Below are positions 17,627-31,293 of a stretch of 64,000 nucleotides of DNA, in pieces. The position numbers and the translations under genes were made by a program. The notes beneath the pieces are model-generated. The model did no database searches. It was not told the DNA's origin and saw nothing but the letters and a program-made list of their open reading frames with translations. Source of the DNA: Candidatus Latescibacterota bacterium (GTDB taxonomy: Bacteria; Latescibacterota; UBA2968; UBA8231); contig OZ220089.1 of assembly GCA_964291625.2 (NCBI GenBank), forward strand, positions 2,752,001 to 2,816,000, written 5' to 3'. Positions within the stretch are counted from its first letter, which is position 1. Each line of letters starts with the position of its first letter.

Positions 17627-20625
17627 GCTCCGGCCGTGGCAGAGGGGTCCGGCCAGTGGCTGCAGCTGCGCGGCGACCGGCACATGAGCGGCCGCGCCGC
17701 CGGCACCGGCCGCATGGCGGACGGCCCCCCCGCCGAGGCCTGGCGCCATGACATCGCCGCCTGGGAGGGCTACGCATCGGTGGGGGCGGGCGCGGGCGAC
17801 CCGGTGGTGCGCCTGCCCTTCCCCGGGGACCTCGACGCCGGATGGATCTGGCGGGAGCGGGCGGCCTGGGGGCTGGGCCCGCAGCTCCACGACTTGGCCG
17901 GCGACGGCACCCTCGTCCCCATGTCCGTGTACAACGTCTACAAGGTGGCCGCGATCCTGCCCGGGGTGGCCGGCCTGCAGCGCTTCGAGATGGGCGACTC
18001 CTTCTCCGATGGCGGAGCGGAGCCGAAGCGGGGCCGGCTCCTGGCCTACGACACCGGCGAGCCCCGCGTCGTGTGGGAGACCGAGCCCTTCGAGAACACC
18101 TGGGCCCCCAACGTCATCGTCGTCGACGCCGACGCCGACGGCCAGCTCGACCTGGCGGTAGCCACCCACTACCGCATCCTCGTCTTCGACGGAGCCACGG
18201 GCGCCACCATGATGGAGTTCCGCTACCACGACTACCGCAACTACGGCCTCTTCGCCGCCGCCGACATCGACGACGACCCCTATCCCGAGTTCGCCGTCGT
18301 CGCCGACTTCAGCATGCACGCCGAGGTCGTCGACAACGACGGCCGCGGGCTGACCCTGCGCTGGATCCGCGAGATCCAGCCCGATCCGTCACAGACGACC
18401 AAGGTCGTGCGTCCCCGGCCCTCGGCCTTTCTCGACGCCGACGGGGACGGCGCCGTGGAGGTCGTCTACAGCGTTTACGACGACACCGGGGACCGCCGCT
18501 GGCACACGATCGCCGTCGATGCCCTCAGCGGCGAGACGGTCCACGACCTTGCCGGGTGGTACCTCCACGGCCTGCACGACATCGACGCCGACGGCCGGCC
18601 GGAGTGGTTCCTGTCGCAGGCGGAGGGGGAGGCGCTGCCTCCCTACGCGCCGCTGACGGTGCGGACCCTCGACGGCGGCGGCTACGTGGAGCGCTGGAAC
18701 CACGACGGCGCCGCCTTCAGCAGCCGGCCGCTGACCGAGCTGCCCCTGACGGTGAGCACGAGCGCCTCCGACGGTCTGCGCACGGCGGTCACCGGCGACG
18801 CCGACGGCGACGGCCGGGCCGACTTCTTCGTGGTCACCCCCGCGGGCGAGGGGGAAGCGCTGACCGCCTGGGGTGCTGGCGCCGGAGGGGCCGTTCAGGC
18901 CCTGTGGACGCTCCAGGGGCCGGTGGCCGCCCGCCTGCAGGCAGAAGCCGTGGCCGACGGGGGCGCCGGCCCCGCCACGCTGGCGTGGTGGCAAGGGCGG
19001 GGCGGCGGCGGGCAGTCCCTTCGGGTGGAGGGGGCCGGCGCGCGGCTGCACCAGTTCAGCCGCCAGGACTTCACCCCCGCCGGCACCCCCGTGGTGGCCG
19101 ATCTCGATGGCGACGGCCGCGTCGAGGTGGTGGTGCAGACGGCCAACGAGGAGGTCCTCTGCCTGGAGGCCCCGGTCGCGGCGACGGGGAGGCCCGCGTC
19201 CGCTGGCAGATGCAGGGCCACGGGCAGACGAACAGCGCCCCCTGGCATTGGGGAGTGGTCGCCTCCGACCTCGACGGCGACGGCTCCCTGGAGACGCTCT
19301 TCGCCCGCGAGGCGCCAGGCGGCAACGCCAGCCTGGCGGCGGTCACCGCCGCGGGCGAGATCCTCTGGCAGACCGTCTTCGACGGCTTCGACGGCAGCAT
19401 GCCGATCTGGAACTTCAGCGGCCTCTCCTGGTGGAACACCGGCCACTTCCGCGAGGCCGGGCGCAACGACGTCTTCGTCACCCTGCGCCGCGGCAAGATC
19501 GGCAGCGAGGTCGGTTTCCTCCTCGACGGCGGGACCGGCGCCGTCGTCTGGGAGAGGAACGGCTACACCCTGCCCGTCGACGGCAGCGGCCGCAGCCTCG
19601 GGGGCCATCCGAGCGCCGCCGGCGACGTCGACGGCGACGGCCTGGAGGAGATCGTGGTCATGTGGCCGGACCGGCTCCACGTGGTCGACGGCGTCACCGG
19701 CGACGCCCAGGTCGTGCGCCAGGCCTACGGGGCCGGGCTGTCGCCCATGTTCTCCGCTCCCGCCTTCGTGGGGTACGCCTTCCCGGCGCTGGTCGACCTC
19801 TTCGGGGACCCGGCGCCGGAGCTGATCTGGGGCCACTGCGGCTACCTGAACGCCGTGCTCTCGGCCGCCGGCGACGTCTGGTGGCAGACGGAGTACCTCA
19901 ACAACACCCAGGTGCAATCGCTCATGGTTCCGGGTGACGCCGACGGCGATGGCGACCTGGAGCTGCTGGCCTCCACCGCGGAGGGGGTGCAACTGCTGGA
20001 GCCCGCCGACGGCGCCGTGCTGCAGGCGATCGACCTGGGTCCCGCCACGACCGACGTGGTCTCCGGCGACCTCGACGGCGATGGCCGGGACGAGTTCCTC
20101 CTCGGGCTGGGCGGACGCCGCTGGGCCCTCCCCGGGGATCCCGGCCTGGCCATGGTGGAGCTGGAGGCCGGCGAGCTGCGCAACGCCTGGACCTTGGAGA
20201 CCGGGGGCCGGCCGAGCGACCCGGCCCTGGCCGATGTCGACGCCGACGGCTTCCTCGACCTCGCTGCGACCACCACGGACGGCTACGTGAGGGCCTGGAC
20301 CGGAGGCGCGGTGACCGCCGTGAGCGGCCCCCTGGCCGTCCTCCCCGCGGCGGCCCGGCTGGAGCCGCCCTGGCCGAACCCCTTCAACCACCGGGTCACC
20401 ATCGCCTACCGGATCGAGGAGGCGGGGCCCGTGCGCCTGGAGGTGTTCTCCACGACCGGGCAGCGCCTGCTGCGGCTGGTCGATGGCTGGAGGCCCGCCG
20501 GGGACCACCGGGCGCTCTGGGATGGTCTCGACGCCCGGGGGCGGCCCCTGGCCAGCGGCGCCTACGTGGTCCGCCTGCGCAGCGGAGAGGTGGTGGACCA
20601 GCGCAAGATCGCCCTGCTCAAGTAG
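17579..20625 (+). CDS. secreted FG-GAP/VCBS-repeat protein with C-terminal FlgD-Ig/T9SS-type domain; 1-nt frameshift near 19172
   Basis: Signal peptide MTVISTLLLLAAAGAAAPAVA; many DxDGDG repeats in two successive frames; C-terminal PWPNPFN..LEVFSTTGQ..LWDGLD..LASGAYVVRL..RKIALLK; frames join at the C4 run 19170-19173. Confidence 0.8.
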
Positions 20626-20722
20626 GCTCAGGCGAGACCCGCGGGAGCAGCCCCGCGGATACCGGTCACTCCCCGGGCGGCCCGGCCGCAGAGGAGCGCA
20701 GGATCGCCCTGCTCAAGTAGGC
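20600..20722 (+). repeat. 28-bp direct repeat duplicating the 3' end of the FG-GAP gene
   Basis: agcgcaagatcgccctgctcaagtaggc (20600-20627) vs agcgcaggatcgccctgctcaagtaggc (20695-20722), 27/28 identical. Confidence 0.85.
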
Positions 20723-20754
20723 CGGGAGCGGCTCTCGGGACGGGACCCTGGAGC

Positions 20755-20790
20755 GAGATCCGGGCGCCTTCGGAGATCGGGGCGCCTTCG
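20755..20790 (+). repeat. 2 x 18-bp tandem repeat
   Basis: gagatccgggcgccttcg followed by gagatcggggcgccttcg. Confidence 0.7.
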
Positions 20791-20831
20791 ACGGATCCCG
20801 CGCACGCGACGGGTCCGGACGCGGATGCGGC

Positions 20832-22214
20832 TCAGTCCCCGGCGACCCAGTAGGAGTAGAGCCGGGCGTTGACGAGGTGGAACCGCAGCCGCACCGGCTG
20901 CTCCGGCAGGCCCCTGGCCCCCCACCAGCGCACCGGCAGGTCGACGCCGTCCTCCTCGATGGGGACGCAGCGGTCGGCGCCGTACCCCGGCAGGACGACC
21001 TCCTCCTCGTCGAGCAGCTCCACCCGCAGCGACCCGTGGTCCGCCTTGGCGTTGACCCGCAGCTCGCCGCCCCTCGGCTCGAAGGCCCGCGTCGTCAGCC
21101 GGCCCCCGTCGAAGCTGCCGGCCACCGAGGCGAAGCCGTCCAGGCGCAGGAAGGCGAGGCCGATCGACATCGTCCCCGTGTGCTGGTCGGCGGCGATCCG
21201 GGGGTCGAACTCCCGCGGGATCTTGGCGTGCCGCCGGGGGGTGCCGCGGTAGTAGATGTACAGGCGGCCGCCCACGGCGATCGGGGGCGCGCCGGTGAGC
21301 ATGATCTGGAAGCGGTCCCACTCGCCGATCTCCCCCAGGCCGACGAGGGGCTCTGCCGCCGGCGCCCGGTTCCAGCGCTCGCCGTCGCGGCTGGTCAGCA
21401 GCCGCAGCGTCTGCGTCTGCCGCAGGGGATGCTTGTCGAAGTGGGTGAGGAAGCCGAGGTAGTGGGCGCCGTACGGAAAGCCGGTGTTGTTGTAGAGGGC
21501 CTCCAGCTCGTGGAGGGGCGCCAGGAAGGGCCGCGGCGGGCTCCAGGAGACGAAGTCGCGGCTGACGCTCATCAGGCGCTCGGGCTGCCCCCGCAGGAAG
21601 GCGACGTAGCGCCCGGCCCCGGCGTCGATCATCAGCGACTGGGCGTCGCCCACGGGGCCCATGTCGTCGGTCCCCGGCCGCGGGTGAAAGCGGAAGAGGG
21701 GGTCGGGCGAGTGCTCCCAGCGGAGGCCGTCCGGCGAGGTGGCCGAGTAGATGCCGGAGCGCGGGCCCTCCCAGTCGTGGCTCGACCAGCCGAGGGCCTT
21801 GTAGCGGCGGTCCGGGTCCGGGTCGGCGGGGTCCTTCAGCATCGACTCCCAGTGGTCCTGGCCTTCATGGTGGGATGCCGGGATGACGATGTTGTTGCGC
21901 CTCGAACCCAGGGCCTCGTGCAGCCTCAGCTCCGGCCGCTCCCAGTGGATGCCGTCGGGGGAGGTGGCCAGGCACTGCACGTGGCCGCGGCCCTCCTCGT
22001 AGTGGCCGGCCATGTACCAGGCCTTGAAGAGCTTTTCCTCCTCGTCGTGGACCACCGACGCCGTCATCCCCGAGTGGCGCTCCCACGCCGCTTCCTGGCG
22101 CAGCACGGGGTCCGGGTGCTTGACGGCGGCGTGAAACATGCGCTCCACGCTCTCGGCGCCGTCCACGTCCTCCATGTCGACGAACAAACGCTTGCGGTGA
22201 TCGAGGGTCTGCAC
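20832..22214 (-). CDS. GH32/GH43-like 5-bladed beta-propeller protein with C-terminal beta-sandwich
   Basis: LFVD start, ATSPDGIHWERP, ATSPDGLRW, TSRDGERW, LYIYYRG, LRLDGFAS and LYSYW end. Confidence 0.7.
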   Translation of the reverse strand: MQTLDHRKRLFVDMEDVDGAESVERMFHAAVKHPDPVLRQEAAWERHSGMTASVVHDEEEKLFKAWYMAGHYEEGRGHVQCLATSPDGIHWERPELRLHEALGSRRNNIVIPASHHEGQDHWESMLKDPADPDPDRRYKALGWSSHDWEGPRSGIYSATSPDGLRWEHSPDPLFRFHPRPGTDDMGPVGDAQSLMIDAGAGRYVAFLRGQPERLMSVSRDFVSWSPPRPFLAPLHELEALYNNTGFPYGAHYLGFLTHFDKHPLRQTQTLRLLTSRDGERWNRAPAAEPLVGLGEIGEWDRFQIMLTGAPPIAVGGRLYIYYRGTPRRHAKIPREFDPRIAADQHTGTMSIGLAFLRLDGFASVAGSFDGGRLTTRAFEPRGGELRVNAKADHGSLRVELLDEEEVVLPGYGADRCVPIEEDGVDLPVRWWGARGLPEQPVRLRFHLVNARLYSYWVAGD

Positions 22215-22323
22215 CTTTCTGACGGTAGGACAATCCTCCCTGCCGGGACAGCCGCAACGACGTCCCGCGCCGGGGCGCCGACGACCTCGCCGACGGCCGC
22301 TCTCACACCTGCCGGAGCATCTC

Positions 22324-23217
22324 CTGACCCTCTTCCGGGCCGAGCGCCTCTCACCCGAGCCCATCATCCACGCCCGTCTGCCGGGCCTGGAGGGCCGGCG
22401 CGGGGCCAACATCAACGGACCCTCCCTGATCCGCGTGCCCCCCTGGGTCCGCAGGCCCCTGGGGCGTTACTACCTCTACTTCGCTCATCACGGGGGCCAC
22501 TACCTGCGCATGGCCTGGGCCGACGCGCTGACGGGGCCGTGGACGGTGCTCCCGGAGCCCGGGGTCCTGCACATGGACCAGGGGCCAGGCATCCACCACA
22601 TCGCCAGTCCCGACGTGCACGTCGACGCGGCGGAGCGCCGGCTGCGGATGTACTTCCACCAGCCGACGGAGAAAGCCGGCCAACGGTCGTATGTGGCCCT
22701 GTCCGACGACGGACTGCAATGGCAGGCGCGCGCCACCGATCTGGGTCCGTCGTACTTCCGCGTGTTCTCCCACGGGGGGTGGTGCTGCGCCTATGCCATG
22801 CGGCCGAGCCCGGGCGGGGGCCTGTTGCTGCGCTCCAGGGACGGGCTCACCGCCTTCGAGGAGGGTCCCGCGATCCTGCCGGAGTGCCGCCACGCCGCCA
22901 CCTGGGTCGAGGGCGACACCCTGCACCTGTTCTTCTCCCGGAAGGGGGATTCGCCGGAGCGCATCCTCGCGGCGGCGGTGGACCTGACGCGGCCGTGGGA
23001 GAGCTGGCGGCCGGGTCCCGAAAGGCTGGTGCTGCGGCCGGAGCTGGACTGGGAGGGTGCGGGGGCGCCGGTCGAGCCGTCGCGCCCCGGCGCCGTGCGG
23101 GGGCTCGTGCACCAGCTGCGCGACCCCGGGATCTACGAGGAGGACGGCCGGCTCTACCTGCTCTACTCGGGTTCCGGCGAGCGGGGCCTGGGCATCGCCA
23201 GGCTGCACCGCGACTGA
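22324..23217 (+). CDS. GH43-like beta-propeller hypothetical protein
   Basis: Frame open upstream of the ORF-track start (NINGPSLIRVP); GRYYLYFAHH, HIASPDVH, QLRDPGIYEEDGRLYLLYSG; start uncertain. Confidence 0.65.
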   Translation: MTLFRAERLSPEPIIHARLPGLEGRRGANINGPSLIRVPPWVRRPLGRYYLYFAHHGGHYLRMAWADALTGPWTVLPEPGVLHMDQGPGIHHIASPDVHVDAAERRLRMYFHQPTEKAGQRSYVALSDDGLQWQARATDLGPSYFRVFSHGGWCCAYAMRPSPGGGLLLRSRDGLTAFEEGPAILPECRHAATWVEGDTLHLFFSRKGDSPERILAAAVDLTRPWESWRPGPERLVLRPELDWEGAGAPVEPSRPGAVRGLVHQLRDPGIYEEDGRLYLLYSGSGERGLGIARLHRD

Positions 23218-23232
23218 GCGCGCAGCTTCGGC

Positions 23233-24018
23233 TTACTGGGCGGTGTAGCCGCCGTCCACGGGGATCGCCGCGGCGACGATGAAGCTCGCCTCGTCGGAGG
23301 CGAGGAAGGCGATGACCCGGGCGATCTCCTCGGGCTGGCCCATGCGGCCGAGGGGGTGGAGGCGCCGCATGGCGGCGTGGACCTCGTCGTCGCCGGTGAC
23401 GTTGGCGGTGAGCGGCGTGTACACGAAGCCGGGGCAGACGGCGTTGATGCGGATGCCCTCCGCCGCCAGGCGCACGCCCATGTCGCGGGTGAGCTGGACG
23501 ATGGCGCCCTTGCTGTGCGGATAGGCCGTGAAGCCGTCGGAGAAGGGCAGGGAGGTGGGGTAGCCCACCAGGCCCATGACCGAGGCGAGGTTGACGATGG
23601 CGCCGCCGCCGGAGGCGCGCATCGCCTTGACGGCGGCGTGGCACATCAGGAAGGTTCCCCGGGCGTTGACCCGCATCACCGCGTCCCAGCGCTCGTCGAA
23701 GTCGGCGGCCGGATCGACGGTGCGGGGCGTGATGCCGGCGCTGTTCACGAGCACGTCCAGGCTTCCGAAGGCGCCCGCCGTCTCGGCCACGATCCGCTCG
23801 CTGTCGGCGCGCTCCGAGACGTCTCCGATGATGCCGCGCAGGCGGCCGTCGGGAGCGTCCGCCTCGGCGGCCAGGGCCTCCAGCCCGCCGGGGTCGATGT
23901 CGGCGGCGGCGACGCGGGCGCCCTCCTCCAGGAAGCGGAGGACCGTGGCCCGGCCGATGCCGGACCCGGCGCCGGTGACGAGCGCCGCCCTGTCTTCGAG
24001 TCTGTCGGTCATCCTCAT
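23233..24018 (-). CDS. SDR family oxidoreductase
   Basis: TGAGSGIG, NSAG, YPHSK, IRINAVCPG and IPVDGG motifs. Confidence 0.9.
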   Translation of the reverse strand: MRMTDRLEDRAALVTGAGSGIGRATVLRFLEEGARVAAADIDPGGLEALAAEADAPDGRLRGIIGDVSERADSERIVAETAGAFGSLDVLVNSAGITPRTVDPAADFDERWDAVMRVNARGTFLMCHAAVKAMRASGGGAIVNLASVMGLVGYPTSLPFSDGFTAYPHSKGAIVQLTRDMGVRLAAEGIRINAVCPGFVYTPLTANVTGDDEVHAAMRRLHPLGRMGQPEEIARVIAFLASDEASFIVAAAIPVDGGYTAQ

Positions 24019-24114
24019 ACCCGGGTCGTGCCGGGCCGGCAAAGGTAGCCCGCCCGTGGTCCCCAGTCAGGACGGCCCCGGCGGCCGTCCTCCACATCGC
24101 ACAGGAGATCCTCC

Positions 24115-25581
24115 ATGCGCTGCATCATGGTGATGTTCGATTCCCTCAACCGCCACATGCTGCCGCCCTACGCCCCGGACACCTGGGTCCAGGCGCCCAA
24201 CTTCCGCCGCCTCGCCGAGCGCGCCGCCACCTTCTCCACCAGCTACGTCTGCTCCATGCCGTGCATGCCGGCGCGGCGCGACCTGCACACGGGGCGGCCC
24301 AACTTCCTGCACTGCCCCTGGGGCCCCCTGGAGCCCTTCGACGACTCGGTGCCCCAGATGCTGCAGGAGGCCGGCGTCTACACCCACCTGTGCTCCGACC
24401 ACTACCACTACTGGGAGGACGGCGGCGCCACCTACCACGGCCGCTACAGCTCGTGGGAGTTCTACCGCGGCCAGGAGGGGGACCCCCACATCGGCCAGGT
24501 CGCCGACCCCGAGGTGCCGGAGAACCTCAACCAGAAGGGGCGCCGCAGCGACTGGGTCAACCGCCCCTTCCAGCGCCGCGAGGCCGACCTGCCCCAGAGC
24601 CGCACCTTCGAGGCCGGCTGCCGCTTCATCGAGGCCAACGCCGGCCAGGACGACTGGTTCCTGCAGATCGAGTGCTTCGACCCCCACGAGCCCTTCGTCA
24701 GCAACCGCCGCTACCAGGACCTCTACCCCTCGGACTACGACGGACCCCTCTTCGACTGGCCGTCGTACGGCCCCGTCCGCGAGACCCCCGAGCAGGTCGC
24801 CGAGGTGCGCCGCAACTACGCCGCTCTCGTCTCCAAGTGCGACGCCAGCCTCGGCGACGTCCTCGACCTGATGGACCGCCACCGCATGTGGGACGACACC
24901 ATGCTCGTCCTGTGGACGGACCACGGATTCCTGCTGGGCGAGCACGGCGGCTACGCCAAGAACTGGCCCCCCCTCTACGAGGAGCTGAGCCACACCCCGT
25001 TCTTCGTCTGGGACCCGCGCAGCCCGGGGGCGGCGGGGCAGACCCGCAGCGCCCTGGTGCAGCCGGCGATCGACCTGGGGCCGACGCTGCTGCGGCTCTT
25101 CGGCCAGGAGCCGACGGAGCGCATGCGCGGCCATGACCTGGCCGGCGTCGTCGCCGAGGACCGGCCCGTGCGCGACGCCGCCATCTTCGGCTACCACGGC
25201 AACCGCGTGAACGTCACCGACGGCCGCCACGTCTACTACCGCACCTGCCGCACCCCCGACAACCAGCCCCTGAACGCCTACACCCTCCTGCCCACGGCGA
25301 TGCGCGGCTACAAGGGGCGGCTGCCGGAGGCCGGGCTCGCCGACCCCTTCTCCTTCACCCGGGGGATGCCCACCCTGCGCCTGCCGGCGGGCGGCAACAT
25401 CTCGCAGCCGGTGGAGGGCGACGTGGGCGACCTGCTCTACGACCTGCAGGCCGACCCGCAGCAGGAGAATCCCGTCGACGATTCGGAGGTGGCGGAGCGG
25501 CTCGGCGGGCGAATGGCCGACCTCATGGCCGAGTGCGAGGCGCCGGCGGAGCAGTTCGAGCGGATGGGGCTGAGCCGCTGA
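24115..25581 (+). CDS. sulfatase (formylglycine, Cys-type)
   Basis: MFDSLN, CMPARRDLHTGR, FDPHEPF and TDHGFLLGEHG motifs. Confidence 0.92.
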   Translation: MRCIMVMFDSLNRHMLPPYAPDTWVQAPNFRRLAERAATFSTSYVCSMPCMPARRDLHTGRPNFLHCPWGPLEPFDDSVPQMLQEAGVYTHLCSDHYHYWEDGGATYHGRYSSWEFYRGQEGDPHIGQVADPEVPENLNQKGRRSDWVNRPFQRREADLPQSRTFEAGCRFIEANAGQDDWFLQIECFDPHEPFVSNRRYQDLYPSDYDGPLFDWPSYGPVRETPEQVAEVRRNYAALVSKCDASLGDVLDLMDRHRMWDDTMLVLWTDHGFLLGEHGGYAKNWPPLYEELSHTPFFVWDPRSPGAAGQTRSALVQPAIDLGPTLLRLFGQEPTERMRGHDLAGVVAEDRPVRDAAIFGYHGNRVNVTDGRHVYYRTCRTPDNQPLNAYTLLPTAMRGYKGRLPEAGLADPFSFTRGMPTLRLPAGGNISQPVEGDVGDLLYDLQADPQQENPVDDSEVAERLGGRMADLMAECEAPAEQFERMGLSR

Positions 25582-25589
25582 GCCCCGGC

Positions 25590-26165
25590 TCAGCCGTCCT
25601 CGGAGAGCATCGTCTCGGCCAGGGCGAAGCAGCAGGAGGAGCGGGGCCGGCCGAGGGTCCGGGCCCAGGTGTCGCGGGGGTAGGCCTCGCCCCCCACGTC
25701 CCGCCCGTCGAGCCGGATCGCGCCGCCGCCGGCGAAGACCAGCACCGTGAAGACGATGCGCGGGTGGGCGGTGGGTGGTCCGACGAGGGGCGGCTCCAGG
25801 TCCTGCCAGGAGACGAGGACGCGACGGCCGCCGGCGACGATCTCCCAGGTCGGCTCGGTGCGGATGTCGCCGCCGGCGGACAACTGCGCGTCGACCGCCT
25901 CCATGCCGCGGTCGAAAGGCGAGGTGGGGACGACCTGGGTCTGGCGCACGAACTTGGCGAAGCCGCGGTTGTCCGTGCACAGGCCGGTGAACCCGTCGGC
26001 GCCAGGTATCTCCACGAAGGCGGCGGTGCCGGCCCCGGCGGGCGAGGTGTCGCCGCGGTAGAGGCTGACCATGCCCGTGTGGTCCTCGCGGCCCGGGCGG
26101 CGCAGGTAGGCGATCCAGTGCTGGCCCGACCACAGCAGGCTTCCGCGCGAGAGGGTAGGGGACAT
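25590..26165 (-). CDS. hypothetical protein
   Basis: Protein-like composition from ATG 26165 (MSPTLSRGSLLWSGQHWIAYL); fills the gap between the sulfatase and acnA. Confidence 0.6.
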   Translation of the reverse strand: MSPTLSRGSLLWSGQHWIAYLRRPGREDHTGMVSLYRGDTSPAGAGTAAFVEIPGADGFTGLCTDNRGFAKFVRQTQVVPTSPFDRGMEAVDAQLSAGGDIRTEPTWEIVAGGRRVLVSWQDLEPPLVGPPTAHPRIVFTVLVFAGGGAIRLDGRDVGGEAYPRDTWARTLGRPRSSCCFALAETMLSEDG

Positions 26166-26277
26166 GGCGGACAGGCTACCCCTGCGTCCCCGGGCGGTCA
26201 AGCCGAAGTTTGACATCCGCGGGGGCCGCCCTCTTCGTACGCCGGCTCCCCAAACCGACTGAACAAGGGAATCCCAG

Positions 26278-28959
<2,682 letters not shown>

Positions 28960-28968
28960 AGCGCGCCC

Positions 28969-30153
28969 GTGATCGCCAACCCCAACGTCGAGCCCCTCGC
29001 CCAGGACTTCGCCGTCGCCGCCCGGGTGCCGGACCCGGAGCGGTTCTTCTTCCATGACCCGGACATGACCCGCCTCGACGACGGCACGCTGCTGATCGCG
29101 GCCCCCGAGTGGGGCCGCCCCAACCGGGGCACGGGCCGTCACCTGCGGATGCTGCGCAGCTCCGACGGCGGCGCCTCCTGGGAGGAGCTGCCCACCCTGC
29201 CCTTCGAGGAGGGCACGCCCTTCGTCCTCGACGGCGAGCTCTACCTCTTCGCCCAGGAGACCTGCCACCAGGATGTCCTCATCGCCCACAGCCGCGACCG
29301 GGGAGAGTCCTGGTCCGACCCGTCGCGGGTCCTCGAAGGGCCGCTGTGGAACATCTCCACGGCCATGCTCCACCGGCCGGACTTCGTCTACTGGGCCATG
29401 GACCGGGACCTGCCACAGCGCACCCACGGCGGCAAGGTGATGGCCCGCATCGACCGGGCCAAGTCCCCCCTGGACCCCGGCGCCTGGAGCCTCTCCAACA
29501 TCGTCGAGGCGCCTCCCCTGCCCGCCTCCCTGACGCGGGGCCTCTACCCCGAGGAGGACCGCCCGGAGCTGAACCGCGGCTGGCCCGACCCCCTCGTCTG
29601 GCTCGAGCCCAACACCGTGGAGGTCGGCTCGCGGGTCCGCGTATTCACCCGCTGCGTCATCGACGAGTACGCCACCGCCAACGTCGCCGCCGTCCTCGAC
29701 TACGACCCGGAGGCGAACCGCCTCTCCTTCACCCAGTTCGCCGGCTGGCCCGGGGCGCAGTGCAAGTTCTACCTGATCCACGACCGGCCGGGCGGCATGT
29801 ACTGGATGCTGAGCAACCTGGCGACCAACTCCCAGGACCTCCTCGGCTGGGGGGAGCGCATGCGCGAGACCGGTTACCACGGGGGCCCGGGGAACGAGCG
29901 CCGGTGGCTGTTCCTGCACTACGGCGTCGACTGCCTCAACTGGTTCCCCGCCGGCTGCGTGGCCCGCTGGCCCGACCACGCGCACCGCAGCTTCATGTAC
30001 CCGAGCGCCGTGGTCGACGGCGACGATCTGGTCGTCCTGTCGCGCACCAGCCGCGACTCCGGCGACCAGCACGACGCCGACCTGTGCACCGTCCACCGGG
30101 TGCGCGGCTTCCGCGCCCTGGCCATGGACCTGCGCCGAGGGGGTCTGGCATGA
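28969..30153 (+). CDS. sialidase-like (BNR/Asp-box) beta-propeller protein
   Basis: Asp boxes SSDGGASW and SRDRGESW; GPGNERRWL; FMYPS. Confidence 0.65.
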   Translation: MIANPNVEPLAQDFAVAARVPDPERFFFHDPDMTRLDDGTLLIAAPEWGRPNRGTGRHLRMLRSSDGGASWEELPTLPFEEGTPFVLDGELYLFAQETCHQDVLIAHSRDRGESWSDPSRVLEGPLWNISTAMLHRPDFVYWAMDRDLPQRTHGGKVMARIDRAKSPLDPGAWSLSNIVEAPPLPASLTRGLYPEEDRPELNRGWPDPLVWLEPNTVEVGSRVRVFTRCVIDEYATANVAAVLDYDPEANRLSFTQFAGWPGAQCKFYLIHDRPGGMYWMLSNLATNSQDLLGWGERMRETGYHGGPGNERRWLFLHYGVDCLNWFPAGCVARWPDHAHRSFMYPSAVVDGDDLVVLSRTSRDSGDQHDADLCTVHRVRGFRALAMDLRRGGLA

Positions 30154-31271
30154 GCCGCGACACCGCCCCGCCGGATCACGGCTACGTCTCCTTCGAGGAC
30201 GTCTGCAAGAGCTACGACGGCCGCAGCCTGGTGGTGAGCCACGTCGATCTGCGTGTCGAGAAGGGGGAGTTCCTCACCCTCCTCGGGCCTTCGGGATCGG
30301 GCAAGACCACCTGCCTGATGATGCTCGCCGGCTTCGAGACCCCCACCTCGGGCACGATCCGCATCGACGGCCGCCCGGTGCACGACCTGCCGCCCCGCAA
30401 GCGCGGCATCGGCATGGTCTTCCAGAACTACGCCCTCTTCCCGCACATGACGGTCGGCCGTAACCTCGCCTTTCCCCTGGAGGTGCGGGGACTCGATCAG
30501 GAGGAGTGCCGGGAGCGGGTCGAGCGGGCCCTGCAGCTGGTCCGCCTCGAGGGCTTCGAGGACCGCAGGCCGGCCCAGCTCTCCGGCGGCCAGCAGCAGC
30601 GGGTGGCAATCGCCCGGGCCCTGATCTTCGATCCCGCCCTGGTGCTGATGGACGAGCCCCTCGGCGCCCTCGACCGGCGCCTGCGGGAGGAGATGCAGTA
30701 CGAGATCCGGCGCATCCACCAGAGCCTCGGCGTGACGGTCGTCTACGTCACCCACGACCAGCAGGAGGCGATGGTCATGTCCGACCGGATCGCGGTCCTG
30801 CGCGGCGGCCGCATCGAGCAGATCGACGGACCCGAGGCCCTCTACGAGGAGCCCGAGCGGTCTTTCGTGGCCCGCTTCATCGGCGAGAACAACCGCCTCC
30901 ACGGCCGCGTCGCCTCGGTGGAGGGGGAGATCTGCGAGGTCGAGTGCGGCGGCCAGGTCATCCGGGCGATCCAGGTGGCGCCCTGCGGACCGGGCGACGC
31001 CACCACCCTCTCCATCCGCCCCGAGCGGGTCTCCGTGTCGCCCGAGCCGGGCCTCTACACCAACGAGCTGGAGGCCGTCATCGAGGACATCACCTTCCTC
31101 GGCGACCACCTGCGCCTGCGCCTGGGGGTGTGCGGGCGCACCGACTTCATCGCCAAGATCCCCAACATCGTCGGCCACGGGGCCGTCCTGGCGGGCGACA
31201 GGATCCGCATCGGCTGGACCCCCACCGACTGCCGCGTGCTCGACCCCGACGACGAGGAGGGGGAGACCTGA
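30150..31271 (+). CDS. polyamine-type ABC transporter ATP-binding protein (PotA-like, TOBE domain)
   Basis: [29 protein letters not shown] and [10 protein letters not shown] motifs; ATG 30150. Confidence 0.92.
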   Translation: MSRDTAPPDHGYVSFEDVCKSYDGRSLVVSHVDLRVEKGEFLTLLGPSGSGKTTCLMMLAGFETPTSGTIRIDGRPVHDLPPRKRGIGMVFQNYALFPHMTVGRNLAFPLEVRGLDQEECRERVERALQLVRLEGFEDRRPAQLSGGQQQRVAIARALIFDPALVLMDEPLGALDRRLREEMQYEIRRIHQSLGVTVVYVTHDQQEAMVMSDRIAVLRGGRIEQIDGPEALYEEPERSFVARFIGENNRLHGRVASVEGEICEVECGGQVIRAIQVAPCGPGDATTLSIRPERVSVSPEPGLYTNELEAVIEDITFLGDHLRLRLGVCGRTDFIAKIPNIVGHGAVLAGDRIRIGWTPTDCRVLDPDDEEGET

Positions 31272-31293
31272 GGGGGGGCGCGGCGATGCGACA

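Noticed and set aside
20600-20790. Possible mini-CRISPR array
   Set aside because: Only two copies, one of which is the coding end of a gene; the 67-bp spacer is too long and no cas genes are present.
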